From Candidatus Omnitrophota bacterium (GTDB lineage Bacteria; Omnitrophota; Gorgyraeia; Zapsychrales; JANLHA01): 64,000 nucleotides of DNA. Under the pieces are notes generated by a model. That model was not told where the DNA came from, made no database searches, and saw only the letters and a program-made list of their open reading frames with translations. How positions within the stretch are numbered: position 1 is the first letter of the stretch; every line of letters begins with the position of its first letter. Positions 58,289 through 64,000 of this stretch are shown in pieces. The stretch spans positions 226,509 to 290,508 of the forward strand of contig JAKLFA010000003.1 of NCBI GenBank assembly GCA_022711395.1, read 5' to 3'. Position numbers and translations under genes: made by a program.

Positions 58289-58406
58289 GGCCCTTAGCTC
58301 TCCGGCGTTTAATTACAGCCTGGCCATCTTTGGTTTCCATGCGCGCCCGAAACCCGTGTGTCCGCTTGCCCTTCAGCAGTGTTGGTGTTTTAAGATGCTT
58401 TTTCAT
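58269..58406 (-). CDS. rpmH: 50S ribosomal protein L34
   Basis: Minus-strand translation: [45 protein letters not shown] (45 aa). It is not in the track because it is under 60 aa. Confidence 0.9.
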   Translation of the reverse strand: MKKHLKTPTLLKGKRTHGFRARMETKDGQAVIKRRRAKGRAKLTK

Positions 58407-58439
58407 AATTTGTAAATTATAGCATAGTCTTTTTGAGAG

Positions 58440-58690
58440 TCAAGCTGTTTCCTTATCCAAAGGGTGAAAAACCATTGATTTATAATAGGTTAGCTTTTTT
58501 GCGCTTCGTTTTCGCTTTAAAAAGATTTACAGTTGCAAACAAAGAAGTCTTTGCTATAATAGTTTCGCTTTTCCACGCGAAAGAAAGAAAAAAGAAATTC
58601 ACAGCTGTGGAAAACCTGTGGAATAAAATTTCATTCAACCCTTAACATATATTTTTCCATATAGTTAGACATTCCACATTTTGTGAATTT
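58440..58690. promoter_or_regulatory. Predicted oriC DnaA-box cluster upstream of dnaA
   Basis: DnaA-box-like 9-mers (consensus TTATCCACA): TTATCCAAA at 58453-58461, TTTTCCACG at 58568-58576, TGTGGAAAA at 58606-58614, TGTGGAATA at 58617-58625 and a TTCCACA core at 58672-58678. The region is AT-rich. Confidence 0.5.
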
Positions 58691-58692
58691 CA

Positions 58693-60072
58693 TTGTTAAA
58701 AAAAGACTCATCCACAACCACACGGTCCCATATGTCTGTCGTTTGGCAAAATATTCAAGCTGATATCAAAAACAAGATCGGAACTTCCGCCTATGAATCC
58801 TGGTTCTCGTCTATCCATGCAATAGAAGAAGGAGGGGCGCTGCTTTTAGAAACGCCTGACGATTTCTTCAAAACGTGGATCGAAGACCATTATCTTGCGA
58901 TTATTCGCCAAGCCTTGGCCGAACAATCTTCCGAGCCAATGCTTGTGTCTGTAACAGTCAACTCCGGCTTCGCGAAAGAAGCCGTTCAAAGATCTGTCAC
59001 ACAATCCACTCCCGCCCCTGCGGTGGACGAAAAAGAAAAAGACCCCCGAACGGCTCTGAGCCTAACCGCGCGTTTTTCTTTCGACAATTTTGTAATCGGG
59101 CCATCGAATCATTTCGCTTTTGCGGCCTGCAAAGCCGTGGCCGAATCTCCGGCAAAGTCCTATAACCCGCTTTTTCTTTACAGCCAGGTCGGCCTCGGCA
59201 AAACACATCTTATGCAGTCCGTAGCCCACGAGATCAAGAAACGGTTTCCTGAAAAAAAATGTGTTTACTTATCTTCGGAATATTTCACTAACGAGCTCAT
59301 TGACTCCATCAAAAACCGGACCACGACACAGTTCCGCCAAAAATACCGCAACATCGATGTGATCCTGATCGATGATATCCATTTCATCGCCGGAAAAGAG
59401 GCCACCCAGGAAGAATTTTTTCACACGTTTAACGCCCTTCACAACAGCCACAAACAGATCGTTATTTCCTCGGATCGGCCGCCAAAAGAGATCGCAAATC
59501 TTGAAGAGCGGCTCGTTTCAAGATTCACTTGGGGCCTGATCGCAGATATTCAGCCTCCGGATTTTGAAACGCGGGTTGCCATTTTAAGAAAAAAACTAGA
59601 GCGAGAGCCCGTTAATGTTCCGGAAGAGGTGATCTTTTTCATTGCTGAACAAATCAAGACAAACATCCGGGAGCTCGAAGGGGCCCTGATCCGTGTCGTG
59701 GCCTATTCCATGTTAGAAGAGCGGCCCGTTGGTTTGGAAACGGCCAAAGCTGTTTTAAAGGATATGGTCCAAGAAACCGCCAAAGTTATCAGTGTAGATA
59801 CGATACAAAAAGAGGTGGCCCGTTTTTTTGACCTTTCCTTAACTGAATTAAAATCTAAAAAAAGAAGCAAGAACATCATTATTCCACGACAAATTTCTAT
59901 GTACCTGGCAAGAAAGCTGACAAATCTGTCCCTTCCTGAAATAGGGGGATTTTTTGGAGGAAAGGATCATACGACCATTCTTCATGCTTACAGAAAGATT
60001 GAAAAAGAGCTGGATGAAAATATGGAGCTTAAAAAACAGATTGATCGGATAATCACATTTATTAAACAGTAA
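58693..60072 (+). CDS. dnaA: Chromosomal replication initiator DnaA
   Basis: 459 aa: AAA+ (LFLYSQVGLGKTHL), the DnaA signature and a C-terminal DNA-binding domain. The start may be the downstream MSVVWQN. Confidence 0.95.
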   Translation: MLKKDSSTTTRSHMSVVWQNIQADIKNKIGTSAYESWFSSIHAIEEGGALLLETPDDFFKTWIEDHYLAIIRQALAEQSSEPMLVSVTVNSGFAKEAVQRSVTQSTPAPAVDEKEKDPRTALSLTARFSFDNFVIGPSNHFAFAACKAVAESPAKSYNPLFLYSQVGLGKTHLMQSVAHEIKKRFPEKKCVYLSSEYFTNELIDSIKNRTTTQFRQKYRNIDVILIDDIHFIAGKEATQEEFFHTFNALHNSHKQIVISSDRPPKEIANLEERLVSRFTWGLIADIQPPDFETRVAILRKKLEREPVNVPEEVIFFIAEQIKTNIRELEGALIRVVAYSMLEERPVGLETAKAVLKDMVQETAKVISVDTIQKEVARFFDLSLTELKSKKRSKNIIIPRQISMYLARKLTNLSLPEIGGFFGGKDHTTILHAYRKIEKELDENMELKKQIDRIITFIKQ

Positions 60073-60236
60073 ACCAGCTTGTAATACAGAGGATTTGAAC
60101 ACCTTTTTTTGTTGTATCTTTTTTATTTTCAATGTTTTTTGTGTTTTTACAAAATATTAACACCCCCTACGAATATGAATATGACATTTTAGAATAACCC
60201 TTTAAACGCCCTTGTTAAAAAAAGAAAAGGTGAGGT
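60073..60236. other. AT-rich dnaA-dnaN intergenic region; candidate DNA-unwinding element of a bipartite origin
   Basis: 164 nt with runs such as CTTTTTTTTGTTGTATCTTTTTTATTTTCAATGTTTTTTGTGTTTTTAC. Its position matches the dnaA-dnaN unwinding-element arrangement known from other bacteria. Confidence 0.4.
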
Positions 60237-61325
60237 ATGAAGGTAAAAATCGACAAAGACACGCTGATAAAAGGAATCCAAATTGTACAAAATGTAGTTT
60301 CAACCAAAGCAACTCTACCTATTTTATCCAACATGTTGGTTGAGACCAAAAGAAACCTTATACGCTTAAATACAACGGATCTCGATATTGGAATTTCGTG
60401 TGAATTACCTGTGGAAACGCTTGAAGAAGGCGCAATAACAATTCCAGCAAAACGGTTTAGCGATATAGCAAAGGAACTGCCTTCTGGGGAAATCCTTATT
60501 TATGCCAAAAAAAATCAACAAATCGACATTGAAGGACAAAAATGCCGGTTTAAACTGATCGGTCTCCCTAAAGAGGAATTTCCGAAATTTCCGGAATTTA
60601 AAAATAAAGAAGCAATTATTATTAAACAAAAAGATTTAAAAGAAATGATCCGGCTGACATCGTTCGCCGTGTCCCATGAAGAATCCAGGTATGTTTTAAA
60701 CGGGATTTTAATGGATGTGAAGGAAAACACGGTTTGTATGGTGGCGACAGATGGCAGGCGGCTTGCGAAAATAGAAAAGCAGCTGCAGGCCTCATCAAAA
60801 ACCGAGGTTTCTGTGATCATTCCTCTTAAAGCCATCCAGGAAATTTATAGGAACCTGGGGGATGAAGGCCAGGTTTCGATCGTTTGTGGAACGAACCAGG
60901 TTTTGTTTGATATTGAAGGGGTTTTAGTGGCGACCAGGATCATTGAGGGGGAATTCCCGAACTATAAGCAGGTTATTCCGGAAGCGGCTCCTCAAAAAAT
61001 AAAGGTCAATACGCAGAAGTTATTAAGCGCTATCCGTAGAGCGAATTTGTTGGCAACGCCGGATTTTCAAGCGATCAAATGCGAAGTTTTTTCGAATAAA
61101 CTGGTCGTTTCAAAATCAACGCCGAATGTTGGAGAGTCAAGAGAAGAAGTTGCCATGGAATACAACGGAAAAGAGTTGATCGTAGGGTTTAATCCACAAT
61201 TTTTAATTGATGTCTTGAAAAATGTCGAACAAGAGGATATAAATTTAGAGTTGTTGGGACCGGATAAGGCCGGGGTCATTCGGATGAGCGATTATTTATA
61301 TCTCGTTCTTCCGATGCGCATTTAA
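60237..61325 (+). CDS. dnaN: DNA polymerase III beta sliding clamp
   Basis: 362 aa with the three-domain clamp fold. Confidence 0.93.
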   Translation: MKVKIDKDTLIKGIQIVQNVVSTKATLPILSNMLVETKRNLIRLNTTDLDIGISCELPVETLEEGAITIPAKRFSDIAKELPSGEILIYAKKNQQIDIEGQKCRFKLIGLPKEEFPKFPEFKNKEAIIIKQKDLKEMIRLTSFAVSHEESRYVLNGILMDVKENTVCMVATDGRRLAKIEKQLQASSKTEVSVIIPLKAIQEIYRNLGDEGQVSIVCGTNQVLFDIEGVLVATRIIEGEFPNYKQVIPEAAPQKIKVNTQKLLSAIRRANLLATPDFQAIKCEVFSNKLVVSKSTPNVGESREEVAMEYNGKELIVGFNPQFLIDVLKNVEQEDINLELLGPDKAGVIRMSDYLYLVLPMRI

Positions 61326-61327
61326 CG

Positions 61328-64000
<2,673 letters not shown>

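Overview
This 64 kb window is a contiguous chromosomal segment from an anaerobic bacterium at about 50% GC. I saw no mobile elements, no CRISPR array and no rRNA genes. The 3' end covers the replication-origin neighbourhood: rpmH, yidD, yidC, jag, parAB, then dnaA, dnaN, a DciA-like DUF721 gene and gyrB. rnpA is missing from this cluster. Upstream of that lies a minus-strand housekeeping block: coaC, rpoZ, gmk and yicC; the tRNA-Cys, tRNA-Leu and tRNA-Val cluster followed by thrS, infC, rpmI and rplT; trkAH; pheST; rarA; rny and ymdB; and gltX, tRNA-Gln and glnS. The 5' third is metabolic. It holds a nitrogen module: amtB, glnK, a 42-aa small ORF and a type III glutamine synthetase, followed by an nfnAB-like pair and gdhA. 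It also holds a KaiC-like plus PPDK_N ATP-grasp protein and a convergent GAF-GAF-ANTAR regulator. Next come the full nqrABCDEF operon, a thiolase, and a standalone Pta N-terminal-domain protein. The last part of this third is a hydrogenase island: hydF, a TM1266-type regulator, an AhpD-like gene, and a trimeric [FeFe] hydrogenase whose NuoF-like subunit is fused to a GltD-like module, with rex immediately upstream. Six findings are worth a second look. (1) The amtB leader carries a sigma-70 promoter followed by a strong intrinsic terminator that looks like an attenuator. (2) A small TM-peptide ORF with a good Shine-Dalgarno (SD) sequence sits between glnK and glnN. (3) The 871-aa protein joins a degenerate KaiC domain to a PPDK_N domain. 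(4) The [FeFe] hydrogenase has a diaphorase/GltD fusion, and the HydA L1 motif reads SSCSPGW rather than TSCCPxW. (5) Two parS sites flank a TGGACA-N6-TGTCCA palindrome. (6) The rpmH-to-jag cluster lacks rnpA. The 5' end of the window starts inside glnN and the 3' end stops inside gyrB.
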